A stretch of DNA of 27,244 nt, taken from contig JAEOSK010000036.1 of the NCBI GenBank assembly GCA_016840405.1, forward strand, positions 1 to 27,244, written 5' to 3'. The notes beneath the pieces are model-generated. The model made no database searches, was not told the origin of the DNA, and worked only from the letters and a program-made list of their open reading frames with translations. Numbering within the stretch: position 1 is the stretch's first letter; each line of letters begins with the position of its first letter. Positions 9,110-18,932 of the stretch are shown in pieces. Origin of the DNA: Candidatus Hermodarchaeum yapensis. GTDB lineage: Archaea; Asgardarchaeota; Hermodarchaeia; Hermodarchaeales; Hermodarchaeaceae. A program made the translations under genes and the position numbers.

Positions 9110-10132
9110 TTAGTCCGCCTCTTCTTTCTTAAGGTGTCCTTCTGATATGTACCACTCGATTGCGCTTTGAAATGTCTCTTCCATTGTCATTGTTGGTTTC
9201 CAACCTAGCATTCGTTTGGCTTTTTCGTTGGAATACCAACGCTCGCTGTTCAATGCATCGACTGATTTCATATGCCAAAGAAAAGTTCTTTTTCCCCGGT
9301 GTTTGAAGAAGCCAATCAATCCAACGCCCATCTTTGCAAAACTTACTGGAACTTTCCTTGTCGGTGGCTCTACGCCCAACATTTCTGCAACAACATTGAA
9401 GACTTCTTCATAGGTCAAAGGTTCATCGGGGCAAATAATGAATGTTTCATTCTTTGCGGACTTAGACTCCAACGCAATGAGAAATGCTTTCACAACATCA
9501 TCAACATGGATATACATGATATGATTTTGTCCGTCACCGGGAATCATCGAGATTTCTTGATTGGCAATTGCCTTGATGGTTTCAAATCCTATGTAAAACT
9601 CTCCTGGACCTACCACTCCTACAGGACGAAGAATAACGTGTTCGAATCCCGCTTTTTCTGAAATCTCTCGGACCGCATTTTCTGCCTGAATCTTGCTTTT
9701 TCCATATTCATACATTGGCTGTAGTTCGGTCTCCTCCGTTGCTGGGGGATTCGCAACTGTTCCGGTTGTTTCAGTGGTTGAACAATAGATGAATCGCTTT
9801 ACTGTTGATCCGATACAGGCAGTGAGTAAATTACGAGCCCCTTCAACGTTAACCTGATAGAGAAAATCTACGTCCTTTGGGTAAAATTCAAAATAGGCTG
9901 CTAAATGAATGACGATGGTCTTTCCCTCAACTGCCTTCTTCAAAGAAGTAAGATCGCGCAGATCTCCCTCTATCAATCGAATTTTCTTAGGCAGTTCTTT
10001 AACGTTACTCGTCCTTCTTACTAAAGCAGCAACATCATAGCCCTCTCTTACTAGAGCTCTTACAAGATTACGCCCAATGAATCCCGTTGCACCTGTTACA
10101 AGAATTTTCATTGCTTTTTCCCTCAAAACCAT
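9110..10132 (-). CDS. NAD-dependent epimerase/dehydratase (extended SDR)
   Basis: TGATGFIG Rossmann motif, HLAA and the YGKSK catalytic motif. Start may be the second Met (MKILVTG). Confidence 0.93.
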   Translation of the reverse strand: MVLREKAMKILVTGATGFIGRNLVRALVREGYDVAALVRRTSNVKELPKKIRLIEGDLRDLTSLKKAVEGKTIVIHLAAYFEFYPKDVDFLYQVNVEGARNLLTACIGSTVKRFIYCSTTETTGTVANPPATEETELQPMYEYGKSKIQAENAVREISEKAGFEHVILRPVGVVGPGEFYIGFETIKAIANQEISMIPGDGQNHIMYIHVDDVVKAFLIALESKSAKNETFIICPDEPLTYEEVFNVVAEMLGVEPPTRKVPVSFAKMGVGLIGFFKHRGKRTFLWHMKSVDALNSERWYSNEKAKRMLGWKPTMTMEETFQSAIEWYISEGHLKKEEAD

Positions 10133-10150
10133 TTTCGAGTTGAAATACTC

Positions 10151-10720
10151 TTACTCAACCTCATATAGCTCTCTCACAGCCAAGTCTTCATAAATGGGAC
10201 CTTTCGGTGTTAGTGTGCTTTTCTTCAACTTAATCGCTTTGACTCGAAACCTACCAAAGTCATAGTTTTTGTGTTCATCAACAAGCTTCATTAATTGAGC
10301 ACGGTTTTCCCCACCACGAACTCTAGCAATCGTAAGATGAGGAGAATATTTTCGCTTCTCTGATGGGAATCCATGCGCTCTAAGTTGCTTTCCAAGAAAC
10401 TGCTGATGGTGAATGAGTTGATCTGCACCCAATGTGCATGCAATCCAAATCACTCGAGGTCGCTGTGGTCGGAAGCAACCAAGACCAACCAGTTCAACTT
10501 CAAAAGAATCACCCTCCACCTCTTCAAGAAGTTCAATAAGCTCCGGGATTCGCCCCTCGTCAACATTTCCAAGAAAGTGTAGAGTGAAGTGGAGGTTTTT
10601 TTCTTCAACTAGTTTTAGCTTGGCTCTGCTTGATTGGAGATCTTGTTGTTTTTTTCGAATGTGTCTAGTTATTGTTGGATCATCAACCTCAACAGCAAAA
10701 AAGCAGCGGATTCCTGCCAT
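10151..10720 (-). CDS. thpR: RNA 2',3'-cyclic phosphodiesterase (2H family, LigT/ThpR)
   Basis: R.FFAV N-terminus, two HxT motifs (LHFTL, PHLTI), PRVIW and STLTPKGPIYE. Confidence 0.95.
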   Translation of the reverse strand: MAGIRCFFAVEVDDPTITRHIRKKQQDLQSSRAKLKLVEEKNLHFTLHFLGNVDEGRIPELIELLEEVEGDSFEVELVGLGCFRPQRPRVIWIACTLGADQLIHHQQFLGKQLRAHGFPSEKRKYSPHLTIARVRGGENRAQLMKLVDEHKNYDFGRFRVKAIKLKKSTLTPKGPIYEDLAVRELYEVE

Positions 10721-10822
10721 TAATAATCATCTCATGATTTTCTACACTAAAGATATGGGGAAACTTTATATCATTCTCCATTACCAAGAGCGAACAGCTT
10801 GCTTTTGGGAGGCATTGCTTGG

Positions 10823-11941
10823 TTGAAGACAAAGAAATCATCACGCACGCGGAAACCGCTAGCTGAAATCTCTCGAACACACGGTGACCCTCTCGCACAA
10901 CAAATTATCCCCGCAAGAGAAGTTATTCTGCGACCCGCAGGTTATCCATTAGAAGTAAATAATGCCTCAGTTAACCCGCTTCTCAGAATTCGAGATGAAA
11001 AATTATTCAACGCATACGCCGTCGATCAGTGGCAGGGAATGAAAGTCAAACTCAATGACTATCTCTTCGACCAATTGCTCCTTCCTGACTTCGCGTTCGA
11101 AGTTGTTTCAGTTACGCCAACTGAAGCACACATCGTGGCTGATACAAAAATCCGCCTCATCGAACCTCCCAAAATTAGTACAGCAAAGTCCCGGCAAATT
11201 AGATTTGATGATGTAATCGGACACGAAAACGCCAAGGCTAAATGTCTCATTATCCAAAAGTACATTGCCAACCCCTCACGCTTCGCTGAATGGGCCCCAC
11301 GACGCGTCCTCTTTCACGGACCCCCTGGAACTGGAAAAACCATGTTAGCCCAAGCACTAGCGGGGGAAACAAAAGCCGAATTCTTCTACATCAAAGCAAC
11401 ATCACTTATTGGACAACACGTTGGTGCAGGGGCAGATAAGGTCAACAAACTTTTCGAGGACATTGCACGGAATAAGCCCTGTATCGTTTTTATTGATGAA
11501 ATCGATTCAATTGGGCTCGATCGAGGATTCCAATCTGTTCGTGGAGATGTTACCGAAGTAGTAAACTCTCTCATCTCACAATTTGACCTCATCGAGGATC
11601 ATGAAGGCGTTGTTGTGATTGCCGCAACCAACAGTCAAGACTTTTTGGACCCTGCTCTTCGAAGCCGTTTTGAAGAAGAAATTGAATTTCCGCTTCCCAC
11701 TTACGATGAACGCTTTGAAATTCTTAAAAAGTATACATCTACTCTTCCAATGCCTGTTGAAGCTGACTTGGATGCGATTGCCCGTAGAACTGAAGGCTAT
11801 TCAGGTCGTGATTTGAAAGAGAGGGTACTCAAAGGAGCTCTTCACCACGCGCTTTCAAAGGGGCTCTCATCCATCGATGAGTCTACATTCAAACATGTTG
11901 AAGTAATTCGTTCCACGAAAGAAAAGCGCCTGTATAAGTAA
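10823..11941 (+). CDS. AMA-type archaeal AAA ATPase (COG1223-like) with C-terminal HbYX motif
   Basis: N-domain LRPAGYPL...LFNAYAVDQW...YLFD, Walker A GPPGTGKT, Walker B FIDEID, LDPALRSRFEEEIEF, ending LYK. Start is probably TTG 10823 after GGAGG at 10808-10812; the ORF track uses 10799. Confidence 0.88.
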   Translation: MKTKKSSRTRKPLAEISRTHGDPLAQQIIPAREVILRPAGYPLEVNNASVNPLLRIRDEKLFNAYAVDQWQGMKVKLNDYLFDQLLLPDFAFEVVSVTPTEAHIVADTKIRLIEPPKISTAKSRQIRFDDVIGHENAKAKCLIIQKYIANPSRFAEWAPRRVLFHGPPGTGKTMLAQALAGETKAEFFYIKATSLIGQHVGAGADKVNKLFEDIARNKPCIVFIDEIDSIGLDRGFQSVRGDVTEVVNSLISQFDLIEDHEGVVVIAATNSQDFLDPALRSRFEEEIEFPLPTYDERFEILKKYTSTLPMPVEADLDAIARRTEGYSGRDLKERVLKGALHHALSKGLSSIDESTFKHVEVIRSTKEKRLYK

Positions 11942-11959
11942 AATCCTAATTCAAGCATC

Positions 11960-12526
11960 GTGGTTGCCTTGCAAGTAAAAACTGCTGTCATTTTTTGCGG
12001 AATGCCAGGCTCGGGTAAGTCCATTGGGCTCACTGTCGCCTCGGATTTGGACATTCCTGTGATTGTGATGGGTGATGTGATTCGTGAAGAAGTCGCCTGT
12101 CGAAAACTCCAAGCATCTCCTCAATCATTAGGTCAAATAATGATCGAACTTCGAAATCAGTATGGCCCGGCTGTGGTTGCCGAAAGATGTATTGAAAAAC
12201 TGCAACAAGTTTCCAGTCCACATATTGTAATTGACGGTGCCAGGAGCGAAGCCGAAATTTCTGCATTTAAACGAGTTATTAATCATGTCAAAGTAATTGC
12301 AGTTCATGCCTCTCCCAATATTCGGTTCGCCCGTCTTCAAGAGCGCGGTCGAGAAGATGATGCCTTAACAGAAGAGGCGTTCTATGAAAGAGATGCTCGC
12401 GAACTTGACATTGGAATAGGGCGTGTGATTGCTCAAGCAGATCTAGTAATTGTTAATGAGGGCGACCCTGAAGAGTTGAAAGCAAAGACTCTTCAGATTT
12501 TAAGAGATGAATTCAAATTAGACTAA
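11960..12526 (+). CDS. UPF0200 / archaeal COG0237 P-loop kinase (dephospho-CoA-kinase-like, substrate uncertain)
   Basis: GMPGSGKS P-loop, MGDVIREE, IDGARS, RGREDD and RDARELDIG. Confidence 0.85.
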   Translation: MVALQVKTAVIFCGMPGSGKSIGLTVASDLDIPVIVMGDVIREEVACRKLQASPQSLGQIMIELRNQYGPAVVAERCIEKLQQVSSPHIVIDGARSEAEISAFKRVINHVKVIAVHASPNIRFARLQERGREDDALTEEAFYERDARELDIGIGRVIAQADLVIVNEGDPEELKAKTLQILRDEFKLD

Positions 12527-12545
12527 TTGACTGGAGGGCTGCTAG

Positions 12546-12983
12546 ATGATCTCAGTCACTTTGTGGGCTGATGTCAAACCCACAGAGGATATCGAAAAAG
12601 TCAAACAGGCTCTGCTGAATCTGTGCCCTCCTGCATCAATCGAAGTATTTCAGGAACCAGAAAAATCAAAAACTATGAAAGGTTACGCTACCGGACCTGA
12701 ATCAATAGCCGCATTCGCAAAAAAATTCCGTGAACAACGGATTCTCGAAGCGGTTAGACAACAGCTTCTCAAATTGGTTCAAAATAATGAATTAGTTTTT
12801 GCCGTACAGCGCCAGGCAGCCTTTGTGAACCGCTTTCATCTCTGTGACTTAACCGATTACACCGCAATGGGACCAATTCGTGTTGAAATACAAGCCAACA
12901 ACATCCAAGATGTTATCGATTATATCAGCCCCCCAACCATTAAGGGAAGACCAAAGTTTCGAAACGATCTCAAACTCGAATAA
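12546..12983 (+). CDS. UPF0201 / DUF54 putative RNA-binding protein
   Basis: PTEDIEKVKQAL, QRILEAVR, QAAF and GPI..I motifs. Usual neighbour of UPF0200. Confidence 0.85.
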   Translation: MISVTLWADVKPTEDIEKVKQALLNLCPPASIEVFQEPEKSKTMKGYATGPESIAAFAKKFREQRILEAVRQQLLKLVQNNELVFAVQRQAAFVNRFHLCDLTDYTAMGPIRVEIQANNIQDVIDYISPPTIKGRPKFRNDLKLE

Positions 12984-13018
12984 TCTGATGGCCATTTTGA
13001 AACCTGGAAAATCCTTCG

Positions 13019-13963
13019 TTAACAAGATCGAGCTAGGAATTTTCGACTTGGATTTAGTTCCAAGACATCCAAATCATTAGGAGCAAAGGCGTTCGGAAAA
13101 ATCTCTCGAGCCTCTTTTTCATGTGTTTCAAATGAAACATATCGCGGACTAATATGAATCAATGCAAGTTGTTCTACTTTTGCCTTAGAAGCAATCTGTG
13201 CTGCTTGCGCAGCAGTAGAATGGAGAAATTCCTTCGCCTTATCTTTGTGTCCTTCAGAAAAAGTAGCATCATGGATGAGAAGAGTTGCATTCTTTGCCTT
13301 TGTGGCTAATTTCGGATTTGGGGCAGTATCACCAGAATAAACAATAATTGGACCCTTTCGAATGGGACCTATTACTTCACTTGGTTTTACCCGTTTCCCT
13401 CCTGCAGTTGTTATTGTATGACCTTGCTGTAAGCGCTTACGTAGAGGACCTGAAGGAATCCCTAATCTTCTAGCCTTGGAAACATAGAATTTTCCTGGAA
13501 TATCAGTCATACGAAGGATGTAGGAAAATGCAGGGATATTATGAAGTGCAGGGAGACATTCTACCCGGTACTGATTTGGGTGAGTTATCGTTCCTTTTTC
13601 AACTTCCTTTATTGCAAAATCGAACTCAAGTTGGGTGTGAGTTAGCTCTAGGTTTGTTTCTATGAAGGATCTGATGCCGGGAGGACCATAAATCGTCAAA
13701 GGTTTTGTACGTTGAAGCATCGCCATGGTCGATAGTAACCCGGGCAATCCCAATACATGATCGCCATGAAGATGGGAAATGAATATATCGATAATTCGCT
13801 GAGGGCTGAGCCCAGAACGTTTTAACTGAATCTGGGTCCCCTCTCCGCAGTCAAAAAGCAATATTTTTCCTCGGAAGTAGATGGCTGTCGCAGGCGAAGC
13901 TCGGTTCTGTGAGGGAATTCCGCCACCTACTCCAAGAAAATAAACCTTCATCATTTCATCCAT
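13019..13963 (-). CDS. rnz: Ribonuclease Z (tRNA 3' endonuclease)
   Basis: DCGEGTQ, SHLHGDH, GP-rich flexible arm (LGIPSGP), YSGDT, HDATF, HST and HISPRY. Confidence 0.96.
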   Translation of the reverse strand: MDEMMKVYFLGVGGGIPSQNRASPATAIYFRGKILLFDCGEGTQIQLKRSGLSPQRIIDIFISHLHGDHVLGLPGLLSTMAMLQRTKPLTIYGPPGIRSFIETNLELTHTQLEFDFAIKEVEKGTITHPNQYRVECLPALHNIPAFSYILRMTDIPGKFYVSKARRLGIPSGPLRKRLQQGHTITTAGGKRVKPSEVIGPIRKGPIIVYSGDTAPNPKLATKAKNATLLIHDATFSEGHKDKAKEFLHSTAAQAAQIASKAKVEQLALIHISPRYVSFETHEKEAREIFPNAFAPNDLDVLELNPSRKFLARSC

Positions 13964-13968
13964 CGATA

Positions 13969-15027
13969 CTATTGTCGTTGCAATACCACTATTAGACGAT
14001 TTAAACTACGATGAATTCGCATTGTATGCGTTTCAACAATAGTAAAACTGTCTGTAGGTATGATCTCCTTTTCAAAGTATTTCTCTGGAAGGGCAAGACA
14101 AAGATAACCGCCCTTCTTCAGGTGATTTGTCAAAACATCTAGGCTTTTTTGAATGAGTTCGACCACTTCGGAGCCTTTTGTAGAGCTCGATCTTCCGTAG
14201 GGTGGATCAGTGGCAATAGCATTCAAACCGTCAGAGCGTAACGGGATTGTACGTGCATCTGCAAGAGCTCCATTGAACGGAACCTTGTAGTGCTTCAGAT
14301 TTTGTTGGCATCCTGTGAGAATTGAGACATCAATATCCAGCCCGAGAGGAACGCAACCAATATCGGCGGCTTCTAAGAGAAGACCTCCAGTTCCACAAAA
14401 TGGGTCAAGGAGAATATCACCCCGCTTTACTCGACTAAGATTAACCATGACTCGTGCAAATTTGGGGTGAATCGCACTAGGGACAAAGAATGGGCGCAGT
14501 GGACTGCGTCTTTGATAAAAACCAGCTCTATCCCGCGACGCTAGATATGGTCCCAAAAAGAATTGGTTTCCATTTATTACACCTAGAAATAGCACATCTG
14601 GCTTCGTTAAATCAACCGTGACTTGTCCATTCAGGGCCTGCCAGATTTGTGAACCCACTTTACTTGCTAATTCGTCTACATCAAAAACAGTGGGTTCTCG
14701 TTGAACTCGGGTAATTTTTACACCAAACCGGTCTTTGGATTTAATCCATCCGACAAAGTCACAGTTCTTTACCATCTCCAATATTTGTACTTCATCTGCT
14801 GGGGATTCAAAGAATACAACACTCGCATGATTTACTAAACCGGAACGTTCTGTGGCAATTTTGGCTCCTTTTGGATCAACTTCAAGGAGCAAAACCTGAT
14901 TTTGATGCCCTATTACCTTGTAGGGGAATCCTTCTGCTTCTAAAATTGCACATAATTCTGCTTGAGGAAGTGTTTCATGTTCACCAGATAAAATGAACAG
15001 ACACATTTGCTCCTTTGATTGTTTCAC
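13969..15027 (-). CDS. trm11: tRNA m2G10 methyltransferase (THUMP + Rossmann MTase; Trm11/TrmG10)
   Basis: LSGEHETLP..E N-terminus, THUMP (VDLTKPD), RPFF.P, DPFCGTGG, TDPPYG and RIHRSLNR. Confidence 0.92.
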   Translation of the reverse strand: MKQSKEQMCLFILSGEHETLPQAELCAILEAEGFPYKVIGHQNQVLLLEVDPKGAKIATERSGLVNHASVVFFESPADEVQILEMVKNCDFVGWIKSKDRFGVKITRVQREPTVFDVDELASKVGSQIWQALNGQVTVDLTKPDVLFLGVINGNQFFLGPYLASRDRAGFYQRRSPLRPFFVPSAIHPKFARVMVNLSRVKRGDILLDPFCGTGGLLLEAADIGCVPLGLDIDVSILTGCQQNLKHYKVPFNGALADARTIPLRSDGLNAIATDPPYGRSSSTKGSEVVELIQKSLDVLTNHLKKGGYLCLALPEKYFEKEIIPTDSFTIVETHTMRIHRSLNRLIVVLQRQ

Positions 15028-15494
15028 AACTCCTCCTCCAAGTTTAAAGCCATTATCAATGCGTCTTCATCATCATCATAGAACCTACGACTTCGCTTGA
15101 CTTCTCGAAAACCCAATTTTTGATAAAACGAATGTGCGACATTATTTGAAACCCGAACTTCAAGAACTACTCCGGTGCAACCTTTTGATTTCAAGACATT
15201 AATGAGTTTTGAAAGTAATCTGGAACCAAACCCCCTTCTCTGATATTTTTTACCAATTGCGATAGAGAGAATATGTCCAACCTTAGATTGCTTCCTTCTA
15301 TCTATATCAGCCACTGCATAACCTAGGATGGATTCAGTTTCATTTTTTGTATCAACGGCCACAAGGAACTGATCCGGTTGAGTTCCAGCCAGAAATTGGA
15401 ATAACTCCTTTGGATAAGGATCCGTAAAGGATTCAAACTCAATCTGAGTTAGTTGCTCGAAATCCTGCCTCTGTATAGGTCGAATTCTAATCAT
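15024..15494 (-). CDS. rimI: GNAT N-acetyltransferase, RimI/Ard1 family
   Basis: IEFESF..PY, GHILSIA, QRRGFG, LEVRVSN..A..FY and EDALIM. Confidence 0.9.
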   Translation of the reverse strand: MIRIRPIQRQDFEQLTQIEFESFTDPYPKELFQFLAGTQPDQFLVAVDTKNETESILGYAVADIDRRKQSKVGHILSIAIGKKYQRRGFGSRLLSKLINVLKSKGCTGVVLEVRVSNNVAHSFYQKLGFREVKRSRRFYDDDEDALIMALNLEEEL

Positions 15495-15567
15495 TCACCA
15501 ATTTCCTTGCAGTGGATAGAAATATGTGTGTGGATTGTGGTCTAATCAATTACTGAGGCGGCTGTTC

Positions 15568-16662
15568 GTGAAAATTGTGACTAAAAAACTAAAAATAGGT
15601 CTCGTCGTCGTCGTTCCTGAGGATATGGATGACTTATGGCACCTATACAATATCATCCTCCCGAGTGATCAAGTGGCCGCACGGACAGTTCGACGTGTAC
15701 GACGTGATGTGGACGATACCTCACGTCCTGATAAAGGCGAACGCCGTCGTATGTTTATTCGATTAACAGTCGAAGAGGTAGCTTTACACAAATACTCAAA
15801 TCGCCTTCGTGTAAAGGGGAAAATATTGGAGGGTCCAGAAGATTTTGTTTCTCATGGAACCTATCACACTATCAACATCGAACCAGGATTAAAGATAGAA
15901 ATTGTCAAAGAAAGCTGGCCACGTCCTCTTCTACGCCGATTAGAAGATGCGGTTTCTCGAAAGGGACAGCGACTGATAGTTATAGCCGTAGAAGAGGATC
16001 AAGCGGTAATTGGCATCATCGATGATTCGGGGATTGACGTCCGTGTTGAAATCCATGGAAGAGCAAGGGGCAAATATGGTAAGTACATTCAAACAGCAGA
16101 TGCCATGGATCAGATGTTTTCGGGGGTCGCAACCCAACTTCATGAATTACTTGAAAGATTACCAGAAGTCACTCGTATAGTAATCGTTGGACCCGGTTCC
16201 ACGAAAGAAAAACTTGCAGAGGTTCTGAAGAACAAGGTTCCAAAAAGTAAGAATCTCCTCCTCTTAGAACATGTAAGTACAGGTACGGTTAGCGGAATTT
16301 ATGAAGCACTCAATCGGGGGATCATCGAACGAATCGCAAGTGAAATTCGGTTAAACCGTGAAATCCAACTTATGGATGATATAATGCGCCACTTAGGAAA
16401 AGGTACTGGGAAAACAGCATATGGTTGGACAGAGATTAGCCGAGCAGTTCAGTTTGGCGCTGTTGAAACCTTACTTGTTCTCGATAAACTGTTTCGCGAA
16501 TCGGAACCCAACCAACGGCGCAAGATGGAAGCTATCATGCGACAAGTCGAAAAACAAGCTGGAACCGTAGAAATATTCAGCGCTGAACACCAAGCAGGAA
16601 AACAACTTGAAGGTCTAGGTGGAATAGCAGCACTTCTCAGGTTTTCGTTACCTGAGAATTAG
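15568..16662 (+). CDS. pelA: Pelota/Dom34 ribosome rescue factor
   Basis: PEDMDDLWHL, RLRVKGKI, YHT, IVGPG..K, AYG..E, GAVETLLV and LEGLGGIAALLRF. Start is probably GTG 15568 after GAGG; the ORF track uses 15526. Confidence 0.95.
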   Translation: MKIVTKKLKIGLVVVVPEDMDDLWHLYNIILPSDQVAARTVRRVRRDVDDTSRPDKGERRRMFIRLTVEEVALHKYSNRLRVKGKILEGPEDFVSHGTYHTINIEPGLKIEIVKESWPRPLLRRLEDAVSRKGQRLIVIAVEEDQAVIGIIDDSGIDVRVEIHGRARGKYGKYIQTADAMDQMFSGVATQLHELLERLPEVTRIVIVGPGSTKEKLAEVLKNKVPKSKNLLLLEHVSTGTVSGIYEALNRGIIERIASEIRLNREIQLMDDIMRHLGKGTGKTAYGWTEISRAVQFGAVETLLVLDKLFRESEPNQRRKMEAIMRQVEKQAGTVEIFSAEHQAGKQLEGLGGIAALLRFSLPEN

Positions 16663-17744
16663 AGCGGAGTATACGAAACCTGGAATCGACTCGCTATGGG
16701 ATATTCTTCAACGATACCAACTTGAAAAGCTCTAGCTTTCAGTGATTTAGCTAGTTTTTTGATAATTGTGGTAGAAGTTTCAATACGCTTCTGCTTTTCA
16801 TTAATCCAGAGCTTATTGTCAGGAATCCGATACTCAGATCGAAGGGTATTCCTGACTTTAGTGAGTGCAACACCTACAGGTGGAGTGATAATTCCTTTTC
16901 TCAGTAATCCTTCTTTGGTAATATGTTCAAAGGGTTTTGCCACGTTCTTAGCACGCCGTCGGAAACGGTTTCGAAGCTGTGTTCCATCTTTCAAAGAAAG
17001 TGGGCAAAAATGAACATTTAGCTCAGTTTCTGTTGCTGCCCATTCGACCAACTTTAAAGCTTCATTCTCACTTCCTCGAACTGAAGCAATTGTATCAGAA
17101 TCCAAATATAATCCGTGTTGCTTTAGTTCCTCGGCATTTAATGGTGTGAACTCTAATTCGTTAATATTGACAAAGTCTATCCCAATTTCTTCGAACTCAC
17201 GCAACAATCTCTTTAGTTGTTTCAACATACCTGGAATAGCTGGGATTTCGATTCCAAGTCTTACTCGACCTTTTGTTAACTTACGTAATTTCGGATAGTC
17301 TGCTCCCACCTCAAACCGGTGAAGACGTATTTCATCAAGTCCCGCATCCAACAGCTTCTCAATTGTCTCTAAGGGGATTGGTTCCAAGCCTGTGTAAAGA
17401 TGGATATGAAAATCTGAGCCAAATTTCCTCTTGAATGCTTTAATGAATTTACTGGTTCTTTCCACTTCAAGTAGGGGTTCTCCACCTGTTATACCCATAC
17501 CCGTGGCATCAATTAATCGAGCTTCTTCCAGTGCCTGATCGAGATTACTTACCTCAACTTCATTGGCATATATGGTATCATAATTTCGTCTTTCTTCAGA
17601 AATCGGACAATAGAAACACGCTTTTGAACAGTTCCCCGTAATGAAGAGAACTAATTTTGCGCCTTTCATACATTCGCGGCAGCCTTTCACTAACCTACCG
17701 ACAAAAGGAGACTTTCCTCGTGAAAGTTGGATTTCGCGGGGCAT
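16659..17744 (-). CDS. Uncharacterised archaeal radical SAM protein (COG2108-like)
   Basis: GCRECMKGAKLVLFITG, CxxxCxxC (CSKACFYC), TGGEPL, HIHLYT, GLDEIRLH and NINELEF. Confidence 0.9.
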   Translation of the reverse strand: MPREIQLSRGKSPFVGRLVKGCRECMKGAKLVLFITGNCSKACFYCPISEERRNYDTIYANEVEVSNLDQALEEARLIDATGMGITGGEPLLEVERTSKFIKAFKRKFGSDFHIHLYTGLEPIPLETIEKLLDAGLDEIRLHRFEVGADYPKLRKLTKGRVRLGIEIPAIPGMLKQLKRLLREFEEIGIDFVNINELEFTPLNAEELKQHGLYLDSDTIASVRGSENEALKLVEWAATETELNVHFCPLSLKDGTQLRNRFRRRAKNVAKPFEHITKEGLLRKGIITPPVGVALTKVRNTLRSEYRIPDNKLWINEKQKRIETSTTIIKKLAKSLKARAFQVGIVEEYPIASRFQVSYTPL

Positions 17745-17750
17745 TCCTGA

Positions 17751-18464
17751 TTATCCCTTCTGTACCCTGCGACGGACAACGGGATCTCGGTCACTAATGT
17801 GTTTAAGGAGAGATTCGAATGTATCATTGGGTGATAGTGGACGTTTCAGATACACCCCTGTTCGACCGACCTCGTCACGGCGCATCAATATCTTTACACG
17901 TTCCTCGACAATTTTTAAATTAACACCGACTTTTTTCGCCACCACGATCTCATTACCCACAACCGCTGATTCAATATGGCCCGCATCAATGGGCTCAATT
18001 AGAATAAGGCGCTTATCAACACCTGGAACTCGTCGTCCTTTCTCAAGATCTTCTTTCGTCAAGCATCCTCCAAACTGATAAAAGTCGAGTTCAATGGGCG
18101 CAGGATTAGTTAATGGAAAAGTCACGACGGAATTGTTCGGTAAGAAGATGTGTGCCTTGATGACGTGGAAGGGAGTTGAATGCACTAACTCACGGTGAAT
18201 GATTTGATAACCTGCTTGAGTCAAAGCAAATTCGACAGAAAAAGAGGGTACAACCCGAGGAATGTATACATCAACATCACTACGTTCGGATATATCACCA
18301 CGACATATACTTCCATGAATTAATGGCCCAATTCCAGTTTGTTCAAGAACCGCCATAACAACAATTGCTCTCTGACGTAACTGAGAAAGCAGTAACCAAT
18401 GGGCTTCGTCATAGATTACTTCTTGACTTCCTGTGTCCCGGCGAACCGTTTTTTCTCGTGGCAT
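17751..18464 (-). CDS. Predicted Pol-beta-fold nucleotidyltransferase (COG2413-like)
   Basis: HGSICRGD...SDVD motif, RVPGVDKRL and RRDEVGRTG. Confidence 0.88.
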   Translation of the reverse strand: MPREKTVRRDTGSQEVIYDEAHWLLLSQLRQRAIVVMAVLEQTGIGPLIHGSICRGDISERSDVDVYIPRVVPSFSVEFALTQAGYQIIHRELVHSTPFHVIKAHIFLPNNSVVTFPLTNPAPIELDFYQFGGCLTKEDLEKGRRVPGVDKRLILIEPIDAGHIESAVVGNEIVVAKKVGVNLKIVEERVKILMRRDEVGRTGVYLKRPLSPNDTFESLLKHISDRDPVVRRRVQKG

Positions 18465-18490
18465 TGCGTTTCGAACCTAGTCAGTACTTA

Positions 18491-18814
18491 TCACTTTATT
18501 CCAATATTTTCTGTAATCCAGTTGAGGTATGCTTCGTGCCCCTCTTGGATTTCAAGGCTGATAATTTCAGGTACGTCATAGCTATGCACACTCAACACTG
18601 TTTCACGAAGTTTGTGAAAATAATCTTGCCTAGTTTTGATGATTAGCAAGATTTCATTATCCTCTACTATTTCGTCCTTCCAGCAATAGATTGAACTCTG
18701 GCGAACCATTCCTACACAGGCAGCTAGCGAATCTTCTACAAGCTTTCGGGCGATGGATTGTGCTTCGATATAATCACCCACTGTAACAAACACGACTACA
18801 AATTTTGCTGTCAT
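18491..18814 (-). CDS. cutA: Divalent-cation tolerance protein CutA
   Basis: LAAC, SIY.W, IIKT and HSYDVPEI. Start set at ATG 18814 (MTAKF) with upstream GGAG. Confidence 0.93.
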   Translation of the reverse strand: MTAKFVVVFVTVGDYIEAQSIARKLVEDSLAACVGMVRQSSIYCWKDEIVEDNEILLIIKTRQDYFHKLRETVLSVHSYDVPEIISLEIQEGHEAYLNWITENIGIK

Positions 18815-18932
18815 AGCTATACACTCTCCAAACGAGCCCCAACCGCATCTCTTAAAAGCTTCTCCCTCATTGGTGCAGCACACATTTATACTGATTAAAA
18901 AGACTGTGAGGACTCCCGAGGCGATAGCACAA

